DNA of 64,000 nucleotides, taken from a virus. Lineage: Duplodnaviria > Caudoviricetes. The position numbers and the translations under genes were made by a program. Positions 6,954-15,884 of the stretch are shown here, piece after piece. The stretch lies in IMG/VR virus record IMGVR_UViG_3300044633_001982; one strand, given 5' to 3'. Every line of letters starts with the position of its first letter. The stretch's first letter is position 1. The notes under the pieces were generated by a model. That model searched no databases. It was not told the DNA's origin and was given only the letters and a program-made list of their open reading frames with translations.

Positions 6954-8981
6954 CTTTTTCCCTTTTTTAGTTGTTTTATTTTTTGTAAGGATAACATCTT
7001 CATCTTTAATTGAAATATTGTAGGATTCATTAATTTCAATATTATTCTTTAACACCTCATCCGACACAAAATCTTCAATTTTTTCTTGTATTGCTCTTTT
7101 TAATGGTCTTGCACCATATACCTCGTCAAATCCAACTTTAGAAATATATTCAATAACTGAATTATCAAATGTAATATCGTAACCAAGTTTAACTAACCTA
7201 TTTGTTAATTTTGATACCTCAACTAAAACAATTTTTTGAATGTCTTCGTCTTGTAATGTGTTGAATATTATAATTTCATCTAACCTATTAATAAACTCAG
7301 GGGCAAAATAGTTCTTTAACTCTTTAGTAAGAATTCCTTTTTTGGCTTCTTCATTTTTATAGACATTTTTTGATGAATCAAAACCAATTCCAGCACCAAA
7401 GTCTTGTAGTTTTTTAACTCCAATATTTGAAGTCATAATTATTAAACAATTCTTAAAATTAATCTTACGACCAAAACTATCAGTCATATATCCTTCGTCT
7501 AAAAGTTGAAGTAACGCTGAAAAAATATCTTTATGTGCTTTCTCAACTTCATCAAACAACACTACTGAATATGGTTTAGTTTTTACTTGTTCAGTTAATT
7601 GTCCTCCCTCGTCATAACCCACATATCCAGGAGGTGAACCAATCAATCGAGATACTGAGTGTTTTTCTTGGAATTCACTCATATCTACCCTTATCAGACT
7701 ATCTTCACTTCCAAATATTTGTTTTGCCAATTCTTTGGCCAATAAAGTTTTACCTACACCTGTTGACCCTAAAAATATAAATGAACCAATTGGTTTGTTT
7801 GGGTCTTTAATACCTAATCGATTTCTACGAATAGACTTTGCAATTTTGATAACCGCTTCTTTTTGACCTATTACAGACTTGTTAAGTTCTTCTTCTAAAT
7901 TAATTAAAACATTTTTATCGTCTAAACTTAATTTATTTAATGGGATTTTTGTCATGGTTGAAACCACATCATAAACTAATTCCTCAGGTACGTCTTTTCT
8001 ATTATGTAACAAATCCTCCTCAAATAACTTCTTTTCAATGTCTAAAAGATTTAAAACTTTTTTTTCTTTGTCCCTTAAACTAGCCGCTTCTTCATAATTT
8101 TGTTTTTTAACAACTAATAATTTTTGTTGTTTAATTTCCATCGCCTCTTTTTTTAATTCCTCAATAATCTCAGGGTTTTTAATATCAACTTGAGCTCTTG
8201 CTCCGACCTCGTCTAAAATGTCAAAAGCTTTATCTGGAAATTCTCTATCCGTAATATATCTCTCCGCCAAATCAACACATATTTGTAATATATTATCTGA
8301 AAATATTACTTTGTGGTAGTTTTCATATTTGTCTTTAACGTTTTTAAGAATTTGAAAAGTCTCCTCTTTAGTTGATGGACTAACTATTACTTTTTGAAAT
8401 CTTCTATCTAACGCCCCATCCTTCTCAATTTGTTTTTTGTATTCATCCAAAGTTGTAGCACCAATACATTGTATTTCACCACGAGATAACGCAGGTTTTA
8501 ATATGTTAGATGCGTCAAGGGAACCAGAAGCGTTACCTGCCCCGACAATTGTGTGGATTTCGTCAATGAATAGTATGACATTTGGATTCGCTTGAATTTC
8601 TTCTAAAATAACTTTTAACCTCTCTTCAAATTGACCACGATACTTGGTACCCGCAACAATTGAATTAATTTCTAAAGATAAAATTCGTTTATCTAAAAGA
8701 TTTCTTGGGCAGTCACCCTCAAATATTTTCATAGCTAAACCCTCAACTATTGCGGTCTTACCACATCCAGGTTCACCTATGATTATTGGGTTATTTTTTT
8801 TTCTTCGAGATAATATTTGGGCAATTCTAATAATTTCGTTTTCTCTACCAACAACGGGGTCTAATTTACCTTCCTCCGCTAATTTAATTAAGTCTCTACT
8901 AAAATTATCTAAAACAGGAGTATTGCTATTAGTCTCCACTTTTTTCGGATTTTTCATTCCGTCTTCAACTGAGTCTGTCAT
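6939..8981 (-). CDS. clpC: ClpC-type Hsp100 AAA+ unfoldase lacking the N-terminal domain
   Basis: GEPGCGKT and GSTGVGKT Walker A motifs, GTKYRGQFEERL, IDEIH, LFDEVEKAH, UVR-like M domain (QNYEEAASLRDKE), GAGIGF ClpP-docking loop, YGARPLKR; only ~20 aa precede LDNFSRDL. Confidence 0.9.
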   Translation of the reverse strand: MTDSVEDGMKNPKKVETNSNTPVLDNFSRDLIKLAEEGKLDPVVGRENEIIRIAQILSRRKKNNPIIIGEPGCGKTAIVEGLAMKIFEGDCPRNLLDKRILSLEINSIVAGTKYRGQFEERLKVILEEIQANPNVILFIDEIHTIVGAGNASGSLDASNILKPALSRGEIQCIGATTLDEYKKQIEKDGALDRRFQKVIVSPSTKEETFQILKNVKDKYENYHKVIFSDNILQICVDLAERYITDREFPDKAFDILDEVGARAQVDIKNPEIIEELKKEAMEIKQQKLLVVKKQNYEEAASLRDKEKKVLNLLDIEKKLFEEDLLHNRKDVPEELVYDVVSTMTKIPLNKLSLDDKNVLINLEEELNKSVIGQKEAVIKIAKSIRRNRLGIKDPNKPIGSFIFLGSTGVGKTLLAKELAKQIFGSEDSLIRVDMSEFQEKHSVSRLIGSPPGYVGYDEGGQLTEQVKTKPYSVVLFDEVEKAHKDIFSALLQLLDEGYMTDSFGRKINFKNCLIIMTSNIGVKKLQDFGAGIGFDSSKNVYKNEEAKKGILTKELKNYFAPEFINRLDEIIIFNTLQDEDIQKIVLVEVSKLTNRLVKLGYDITFDNSVIEYISKVGFDEVYGARPLKRAIQEKIEDFVSDEVLKNNIEINESYNISIKDEDVILTKNKTTKKGKKKKGE

Positions 8982-9057
8982 AAGTTTTTTTATAAGATTA
9001 AGTCTATTTTATTTAAAATTCAATAATTTGATGTTATGATTTAAAAAAAACAATATT

Positions 9058-9300
9058 ATGGCAATTAAAAGTGAAAAAATTGAGGGTACTAAAATAATTT
9101 GTGAGATAGAATCATCTAATCTTTCTAAGACAGATTATGATACAATAAGTAAAAAATTAATTGTGGAATTTAAAAATGGGTCGTCATACGAATACGAAAA
9201 TGTTCCCCATGAATTATATACACAGTTCAGAATGTCAGAATCTCAAGGTAGTTTTTTTAGTAAAAGTATTTCAAAAAAATTTAAGTATAAAAAATTGTAA
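9058..9300 (+). CDS. KTSC domain protein
   Basis: ESSNLSKTDYD...LIVEFKNGSSYEYENVP..LY..F..SESQGSFF. Confidence 0.85.
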   Translation: MAIKSEKIEGTKIICEIESSNLSKTDYDTISKKLIVEFKNGSSYEYENVPHELYTQFRMSESQGSFFSKSISKKFKYKKL

Positions 9301-9309
9301 AATTTTAAG

Positions 9310-9316
9310 TATTTAT
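9310..9316 (+). promoter_or_regulatory. Candidate late promoter TATTTAT
   Basis: 5 nt before GTG 9322. Confidence 0.55.
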
Positions 9317-9321
9317 TATTT

Positions 9322-10071
9322 GTGAAATTAGATAAAGAAATACTTCAAAGTTTTAATGTGAAAGATGAATTATGTCCTGACATTTGGGAGGGACAAGGTG
9401 AATCTACAAAATTAAAACCTAACGTAAGAAAAAAACTACTTCAAATTGCTGAATTATTTAGAGAATTTGTTGGAGTCAATTTTTTTGTTGACGACATTGT
9501 TCTAATGGGTTCATTGGTTAATTATAATTGGTCTAAATTTTCAGATGCTGATTTACATATAATCGTCGACTTTAGTGAGTTTGACCAAGATAAATTAGAT
9601 GTTTATCAAGAATTATTTGAGGTTAAGAAAAAAATATTCGCACAAATTCATAATATAAAAATTTACGGTTACGATGTTGAATTATATATTCAGGATAAAT
9701 CTACTGAAGCTGTGAGTTCAGGAGTTTACTCAGTATTAAATGATGAATGGTTATCTTTTCCCGAAAAAGAAGGATTCAAACTTGATAAGAAATTATTAAA
9801 ACAAAAAATATCACAGTGGGTTAACATTATTGATGGTGTTGAAGATATTGTAAAAGATTTAGACGATGAAGAGGCAATTGAACTAGTTAAAAGTTACAAG
9901 AAAAAATTAAAAAAATTTAGAACTTGTGGTTTAGAAAAGGGTGGAGAGTATTCATATGAAAATATAGTATTTAAATATTTAAGACGTTCTGGACAAATCG
10001 GTAAATTACACAATTTACAAACAAAAATTGAAGACGAATCTCTGTCTTTAAAAGAAAATTTAAAATTTTAA
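9322..10071 (+). CDS. Pol-beta superfamily nucleotidyltransferase
   Basis: IVLMGSLVNYNWSKFSDADLHII (GS...DxD) plus a third acidic strand DVELY. Confidence 0.75.
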   Translation: MKLDKEILQSFNVKDELCPDIWEGQGESTKLKPNVRKKLLQIAELFREFVGVNFFVDDIVLMGSLVNYNWSKFSDADLHIIVDFSEFDQDKLDVYQELFEVKKKIFAQIHNIKIYGYDVELYIQDKSTEAVSSGVYSVLNDEWLSFPEKEGFKLDKKLLKQKISQWVNIIDGVEDIVKDLDDEEAIELVKSYKKKLKKFRTCGLEKGGEYSYENIVFKYLRRSGQIGKLHNLQTKIEDESLSLKENLKF

Positions 10072-10153
10072 TCAATTTACATAATTCAAAGTATTTATTT
10101 ATAAAACACTAAATAAAACAGCATTTTACTGCCTTATTAAAAAGTAAAAAAAT

Positions 10154-11359
10154 ATGAGTAAGTTAAAACCGGTTGGTAGCGAAAAATTACAAGGGTTGGA
10201 TAAAATTCAACGTATTATGGAAATCGCTAGATATAAAGAGGTTATCCCACAATCAATAAATGAAGTATCATCTCGTGAATACCAAATAGTATTGGCAGAT
10301 GGTCAAACGTATTCAATCGACAAAGAAAAATTGGGATACGTAATTAAGAAAAAAGTTAATGAGGATTTTGATTATGTTGAACCTATGAAAAATAGGTCTC
10401 ATTATAGGTCTTATTCTCAGGCCTTTAAAAAACTTAATCTGATAGCTCAGGAAGTTAACAGATTAACTGAGACTGAAGAAAATATTTCTTTATTTAATGA
10501 AGACAAAAAATATTTGCTAAAAACACCAAAACCAAAAATGGAGGATGAACCTCAAGGTCCAGCACCTATGGGTCCACCATCAGCCGCGGCTGAACCATCA
10601 CCTGCACCGTCACCTGAACCTGAAATGGGTGGAGAAGATATGGGTGGAGAAGACATGGGACCTGAAATGGGAGGAGAAGATATGGGACCTGAAATGGGAG
10701 GAGAAGAAGGGGAAGATATGGGGCCTGAAATGGGTAACGAAGGGGAAGAAGAAACTTCTTTTAAGGATATTCAAAAATTGACAGGAAAACTATCTCAAAA
10801 AATTAGAGAAATTGAAGACGAACAACCTTTAACAGGTAAAGATGTTAAGTACGTAATTAATTCAATTTTGTCGGCTTTAAATTTAGATGAGTTATCGAGT
10901 GATGATAAAGAAGAAATCGTATCTAGATTTGAAGAAGAAGATGAGGATAATATGACATCAGATGATATGGATTTTTCATCAAGTGAGGAAGATATGGGAC
11001 CTGAAATGGGGTCTGAGGATGAGGAAGAACAGACTCAACCTGAAATGGGTGAATCGGCTCCGGCTCACAAATCGTCAATAGCATCGGACAATTTTGAAAT
11101 GTACAATATGAATGAATCTAAAATTGAAAACATTCTTAAAGGTTATTTCTTTGAGTCTAAAGATGAAAAACAATACAAAAAAAATAGATTTTCATATGTT
11201 ACAGATTTTGCTGTGACAAAAAAACAAGCTAATGTTGCTAAAAATTTAATGGAGGCAGCACCAAGTTTACATTTTGTTGGTAGAACAACAAAGAAAAATT
11301 TAATATTTGAAAATAACGGACAACAAGTAAAAGTTACTCCTAACGGTAATATTTTATGA
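10154..11359 (+). CDS. Acidic hypothetical protein with EMGGEDMGP repeats (probable head-associated)
   Basis: 401-aa ORF; TATTTAT at 10092-10098; internal repeats. Confidence 0.75.
   Translation: MSKLKPVGSEKLQGLDKIQRIMEIARYKEVIPQSINEVSSREYQIVLADGQTYSIDKEKLGYVIKKKVNEDFDYVEPMKNRSHYRSYSQAFKKLNLIAQEVNRLTETEENISLFNEDKKYLLKTPKPKMEDEPQGPAPMGPPSAAAEPSPAPSPEPEMGGEDMGGEDMGPEMGGEDMGPEMGGEEGEDMGPEMGNEGEEETSFKDIQKLTGKLSQKIREIEDEQPLTGKDVKYVINSILSALNLDELSSDDKEEIVSRFEEEDEDNMTSDDMDFSSSEEDMGPEMGSEDEEEQTQPEMGESAPAHKSSIASDNFEMYNMNESKIENILKGYFFESKDEKQYKKNRFSYVTDFAVTKKQANVAKNLMEAAPSLHFVGRTTKKNLIFENNGQQVKVTPNGNIL
10620..10740 (+). repeat. In-frame imperfect tandem repeat (P-E-M-G-G-E-D-M-G)
   Basis: Repeated cctgaaatggg(t/a)ggagaaga(t/c)atggg units; a further copy near 10990-11010. 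Confidence 0.85.
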
Positions 11360-11736
11360 GTTATTTAGTTTTTATAAATGGTCTTGGACCAAATTATAAA
11401 GGGGAAATGAGATATGAATTCATTTTCTCAAAAAATTTAGAAGTGTGGGGAGAGGATTGGGAACACGAGCCGGCAAACTCATATCCAAAACCACCTGAAC
11501 TTGAAGATATAGAAAGTGTTGGGGTATTATCTGAAGGGGGAATAGAATTAGAATTGATACAAAATTCAGATTATTTCTCAATGAAAGATGCGGTAGATGG
11601 GGTTGTTTGTTTAGGTTGGGAAAGTGATAAAGAAAAGGACGAAAGATTGGTGTTTAGATTTGGTGAGAAAGAAGAGGAAACAAAAAATAAATTATACTCC
11701 CAAGACATAATTTTGGGTTTTGAAAAAGTATTGTAA
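11356..11736 (+). CDS. Hypothetical protein
   Basis: 126-aa ORF, ATGA overlap with the upstream gene. Confidence 0.75.
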   Translation: MSYLVFINGLGPNYKGEMRYEFIFSKNLEVWGEDWEHEPANSYPKPPELEDIESVGVLSEGGIELELIQNSDYFSMKDAVDGVVCLGWESDKEKDERLVFRFGEKEEETKNKLYSQDIILGFEKVL

Positions 11737-11737
11737 A

Positions 11738-12529
11738 ATGAGCTTAGTCAACAAAAAACAAGTATTAACAAAAATGGGATTCAGTCCAAAAACATTGTCT
11801 CTTATGACTGAGTCTGAAATATCAAAATTATTCAAGACTTTTTTAATTGAAACAAAAAAAGAAAATAAAGAAGCAGTTCAGGTAACTAAAATTGTGTTGG
11901 ATAAAAATAATCCTACGGACGTTAAAACTGCGAATTTTTGTTTACAAAATCCTTCAGACTCAAAATGTAAAAATGTTGAGATGAAAGAGGGTAAAAAAAC
12001 AAAGAAAAAAAATCCATGGGCTATTTGTACTTCTGTAATGGGTGCTGAATTCGGTACGAAAGAAAGAAGTGACTGGACAAAAAAACAAATGGATAAATAT
12101 GAAAAATGTGTGGTTGGTGTAAAAAAATCAATTAAAGAAGGAAAAAATCCTATAGAAGTTTTGTTAGAAGATAAATTTAGAGGTATTATTGTAGAAAATT
12201 TAAGACCAAAAATAACAAAATCTGATATAATGAAAATGATTTTTGAAAACGTAGAAATGGCCGACCCTGCGGTTAAACCAAAAACAAAACCTGGAGTTAA
12301 ACCCGATACAGATTATGACCCATTTATATCACCTGACCCCGATGACCAACCTGAGGCTAATACACCTGAACCAAAAACAAAACCAAAACCTGGTGTAAAA
12401 CCTGATGTTGATTATGACCCATTTATTTCACCCGACCCAGATGACCAACCTGAGGCAGGTGCTAGAGGTTTAGAGAGTTTTATGTCGGCAGTTAAAAAAA
12501 TGGGAATGTTAAAAAAAGGTAAGAGATGA
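11738..12529 (+). CDS. Hypothetical protein with NPWAIC motif and duplicated Pro/Asp segment
   Basis: Start moved to ATG 11738, 1 nt after the upstream stop; KPKTKPGVKPD(T/V)DYDPFISPDPDDQPEA occurs twice. Confidence 0.75.
   Translation: MSLVNKKQVLTKMGFSPKTLSLMTESEISKLFKTFLIETKKENKEAVQVTKIVLDKNNPTDVKTANFCLQNPSDSKCKNVEMKEGKKTKKKNPWAICTSVMGAEFGTKERSDWTKKQMDKYEKCVVGVKKSIKEGKNPIEVLLEDKFRGIIVENLRPKITKSDIMKMIFENVEMADPAVKPKTKPGVKPDTDYDPFISPDPDDQPEANTPEPKTKPKPGVKPDVDYDPFISPDPDDQPEAGARGLESFMSAVKKMGMLKKGKR
12275..12460 (+). repeat. Two-copy in-frame direct repeat (~85 nt unit)
   Basis: aaacctgg(a/t)gt(t/a)aaacc...gattatgacccatttat(a/t)tcacc...gatgaccaacctgaggc twice. Confidence 0.85.
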
Positions 12530-14061
12530 ACAACAAAAAAATTTTAATAGAACGAGTTAAAAAACTACTCAATGAGGCACCACCTATGAGTTTTGGTCCT
12601 GAATTAGGAGGGGCTAGACCAAGTAAAGATTTACAATCAAAGATTGAAGGTGGTAAATTACCATTAAGTCAATTTGGATTAACTCAAGCTCAAGTAGATT
12701 TTTTTACATCACAAGCATTTAAAGAATCTGTTTTGAATTTAGAAAGATTAATGGACAGAAGTTCAGGAGTTATTCCTCGACTAACAAGAGGTAATCAAAA
12801 TTTAAAGAAGGACGCTCAAACCGCCTTTAGAGAATTATACTCTTTAGTCAGTGACCTATTAGGTGAGTTAATCCAACTACAAGGAAGAAATCAAGAAGAA
12901 TTAGAACAAATCGCCAATGAGTCAGTTGAAAAGGCGATGGGTATTGACAGAAAGTTTTTTGACAATAAGTTAACACTAGATGGTAAGTTTACTCAGGGAG
13001 CATTACGTCAACTACAAGGAATGAAAGCAAAAGTTCAAAAAATTTCTGATGAAGAAATTATGAAAAAATTTGCAAGTGTTGATGAAGAGAAAAAAGAAAA
13101 ACTTGAACAAATGAGACAGGAGTTTGAAAGTATGGGTGTCGAGTTTGATGAGGAGCAAGCTAAAAAGGCGATAGATTCTACTTTTAAAATGTCCCCTGAA
13201 GCGATTCAGGCGGCTAAAAAATCATTCTCAGATGAAGTTTCTAGAAGAATGATTATTAACTTATTCAGACGTGGTATGTCACTTTATTATGTAAACGCTT
13301 ATGAAATATGTAAAGATAAGATAGAGAGTTTACCTGGTGGTGATAGAATTATCGAATTATCTAACGTGTTACAACCGATAATGTTACATATGTATTGGTT
13401 ATTCCCTGATATTGGTTCTATGGGAACGACAGGAGGAGGACAAATCGGTCAGATTGAGGTTGTACCACCTAAGAGCGGAAACCAAGGTCAAAATGACGAT
13501 GAAGAAGAGGATGAAGAAGAGGATGAAACACCAAAACCAACACAGCAACAATCATCATCACAACAACCGACAGGACCATTTATTATTAGAGCAAGGGCAA
13601 TGACTTTACCATTATTAGTTCATGAATTAGTAAAAGGTGTTGCAATGTTCTTCACGTCAGCAGGTGGTGAAAAAACTGAACAAGGTAGATTGGCAAAACA
13701 ACAAGCAAGTTCATTAGAAATTGAAGCATACGATTTAGTTTATGGTGAAAAATTCTTTATGGAATTTTACAAAGTTTTTAATAAATTAGTACCCGATAAA
13801 CAAGAACAAAGAGATTTAACACCATTTGTACTTAAATTTTTATCTGAAGAAAAATATGAAGTTTTGGTTGAATTAGCTAAATCATTATTCACTTTAGGAT
13901 TAACTGACCAAAATTTCGCTGAAAATTTTATAACACAGTTAGTTGAAAAATCTAAAAAATTAGTAAATAAAATGCAACAAAACCCATCGTATGTTGAAAA
14001 GAAAAAATACGGTGAAGAACAGTTTGACGATGAAGATTTTCTATCAGGATTAGGATTCTAA
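12526..14061 (+). CDS. Hypothetical protein upstream of the terminase
   Basis: 511-aa ORF, ATGA overlap. Confidence 0.8.
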   Translation: MNNKKILIERVKKLLNEAPPMSFGPELGGARPSKDLQSKIEGGKLPLSQFGLTQAQVDFFTSQAFKESVLNLERLMDRSSGVIPRLTRGNQNLKKDAQTAFRELYSLVSDLLGELIQLQGRNQEELEQIANESVEKAMGIDRKFFDNKLTLDGKFTQGALRQLQGMKAKVQKISDEEIMKKFASVDEEKKEKLEQMRQEFESMGVEFDEEQAKKAIDSTFKMSPEAIQAAKKSFSDEVSRRMIINLFRRGMSLYYVNAYEICKDKIESLPGGDRIIELSNVLQPIMLHMYWLFPDIGSMGTTGGGQIGQIEVVPPKSGNQGQNDDEEEDEEEDETPKPTQQQSSSQQPTGPFIIRARAMTLPLLVHELVKGVAMFFTSAGGEKTEQGRLAKQQASSLEIEAYDLVYGEKFFMEFYKVFNKLVPDKQEQRDLTPFVLKFLSEEKYEVLVELAKSLFTLGLTDQNFAENFITQLVEKSKKLVNKMQQNPSYVEKKKYGEEQFDDEDFLSGLGF

Positions 14062-14073
14062 AAAAATATTTAA

Positions 14074-14094
14074 AAACCCCTCATTGAGGGGTTT
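14074..14094 (+). terminator. Terminator-like hairpin
   Basis: AAACCCCTC-ATT-GAGGGGTTT. Confidence 0.65.
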
Positions 14095-14115
14095 CTTATT
14101 TAATATCATTTCAGA

Positions 14116-14122
14116 TATTTAT
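14116..14122 (+). promoter_or_regulatory. Candidate late promoter TATTTAT
   Basis: 4 nt before the terminase ATG. Confidence 0.6.
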
Positions 14123-14126
14123 TATT

Positions 14127-15875
14127 ATGAATTTAACTAAAGAACAAGTTATTTTGGAATATACCAAGTGTATGAAATCAACTCCATACGCTTTAAAAAC
14201 ATATTTACAAACTTACGACAATACTGTTCAAAAATATGTACCATTAGAATTATTTCCTGACCAAATAGGTTTAGTAAATGATTATGAGACGTATAATGAA
14301 AACATTGCTTTAAAATATAGACAGGCTGGGGTATCCACTGTAACCGCGGCATGGTCTTCAAAAAAATTAATATTTGCTTCTAAAAACAAACCTGAGAAAA
14401 TATTAATTATTGCCAATAAATTAGATACTGCCGTTGAAGTGGCAAATAAAATTAGAGGATTTACCGAACAATGGCCTTCTTGGGTTGGTGTTACCTTTTC
14501 CTCTGAAAAAAATTCACAAAGACACTTTAAATTAACTAATGGTTGTGAGGTTAAGGCGGTTGCGACATCTAAGGATGCCCTACGTGGATATACTCCGACT
14601 ATTTTAATATTTGATGAGGCGGCGTATATTGAGGCTGACGGGGATTTTTGGGCGGCTTGTATGGCGTCGTTATCTACGGGGGGTAAAGTTATTGTGGTTT
14701 CTACTCCTAATGGATTTGACCCAATTTATTATGAAATTTATGACCAAGCGTTAAAAGGTATGAATGAGTTTAAAATTTCAGAAATGGTTTGGTGGAAAGA
14801 CCCAAGGTACGCTAAAGATTTACAATTATTAAATGTTAAAGACATAATACATTACTATTTGAATCGTAATGAATATCAAGATGTTGAAATAATTGATTAC
14901 TCTAATAAAGAAAAAGACTTCGATGAAATACGTAGATTAGTTAATGACGGATATCGACCTAGTTCTTCTTGGTACGAATCAATGGTTAAAAAATTGAAGT
15001 ACGATAAAAGAAAAGTTAACCAAGAATTAGAGTGTGCGTTTTTAGGTTCGGGTGATAACGTAATTGATTCAAACATTATTGAAAATATTAAATCAACAAT
15101 GATTAAAGACCCTGTCAATAAGATGATTGGTGGTTCTTTATGGATATGGAAAGAACCTGAAATTGGACATAAATACATTATGGGTGTTGACGTTTCAAGG
15201 GGAGATAGTGAGGATTATTCGACATTTCAAATTTTGGATTTTACAACACGTGAACAAGTTGCGGAATATGTTGGTAAAATACCACCTGATATTCTTGCGG
15301 AAATCTGTTATAAATGGGCGATGATGTATTCGGCATTTATTGTTGTGGATATAACTGGGGGTATGGGTGTTACAACATCTCGTAAATTACAAGAGTTAGG
15401 GTACAAAGATTTATATATTGATGGATTAGACTCAACAAATAGATGGAAATGGGACCCAAAATCTCAAGATAAAATACCAGGTCTAAACTTTAACAATAAA
15501 AGAGTACAAATTATTGCCATGTTTGAAGAATATTTGAGACATGGATTAATTATAAGGTCTAATAGATTACTTAATGAAATGAATACGTTCATTTATATTA
15601 ATGGTAGACCTGACCACCAAAAAGGACAACATGATGATTTAATTATGTCAATTGCAATGGCGGTGTACATTGGAGAATCTTCATTTGCTTCAATAACAAA
15701 AGTTAGTGAGCAGGCAAAAGTCATGATTGAAGCTTGGCAAGTTAATAATAATGAACCAACTTATAGGTCACAATTTTTTGACCCAATGACAGATTCAAAC
15801 AAAAAACAAACAAATAATCAACCAAGTAAAAGTGATTATCAGAATTATGGATGGTTATTTGGGGGTATGAGATAA
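14127..15875 (+). CDS. terL: Terminase large subunit (T4 gp17-like)
   Basis: LKYRQAGVST Walker A, ILIFDEAA Walker B, VIVVSTPNG, QELECAFLGS, YIMGVDVSRG and HDDLIMS nuclease motifs. Confidence 0.95.
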   Translation: MNLTKEQVILEYTKCMKSTPYALKTYLQTYDNTVQKYVPLELFPDQIGLVNDYETYNENIALKYRQAGVSTVTAAWSSKKLIFASKNKPEKILIIANKLDTAVEVANKIRGFTEQWPSWVGVTFSSEKNSQRHFKLTNGCEVKAVATSKDALRGYTPTILIFDEAAYIEADGDFWAACMASLSTGGKVIVVSTPNGFDPIYYEIYDQALKGMNEFKISEMVWWKDPRYAKDLQLLNVKDIIHYYLNRNEYQDVEIIDYSNKEKDFDEIRRLVNDGYRPSSSWYESMVKKLKYDKRKVNQELECAFLGSGDNVIDSNIIENIKSTMIKDPVNKMIGGSLWIWKEPEIGHKYIMGVDVSRGDSEDYSTFQILDFTTREQVAEYVGKIPPDILAEICYKWAMMYSAFIVVDITGGMGVTTSRKLQELGYKDLYIDGLDSTNRWKWDPKSQDKIPGLNFNNKRVQIIAMFEEYLRHGLIIRSNRLLNEMNTFIYINGRPDHQKGQHDDLIMSIAMAVYIGESSFASITKVSEQAKVMIEAWQVNNNEPTYRSQFFDPMTDSNKKQTNNQPSKSDYQNYGWLFGGMR

Positions 15876-15884
15876 TTATTCAAT

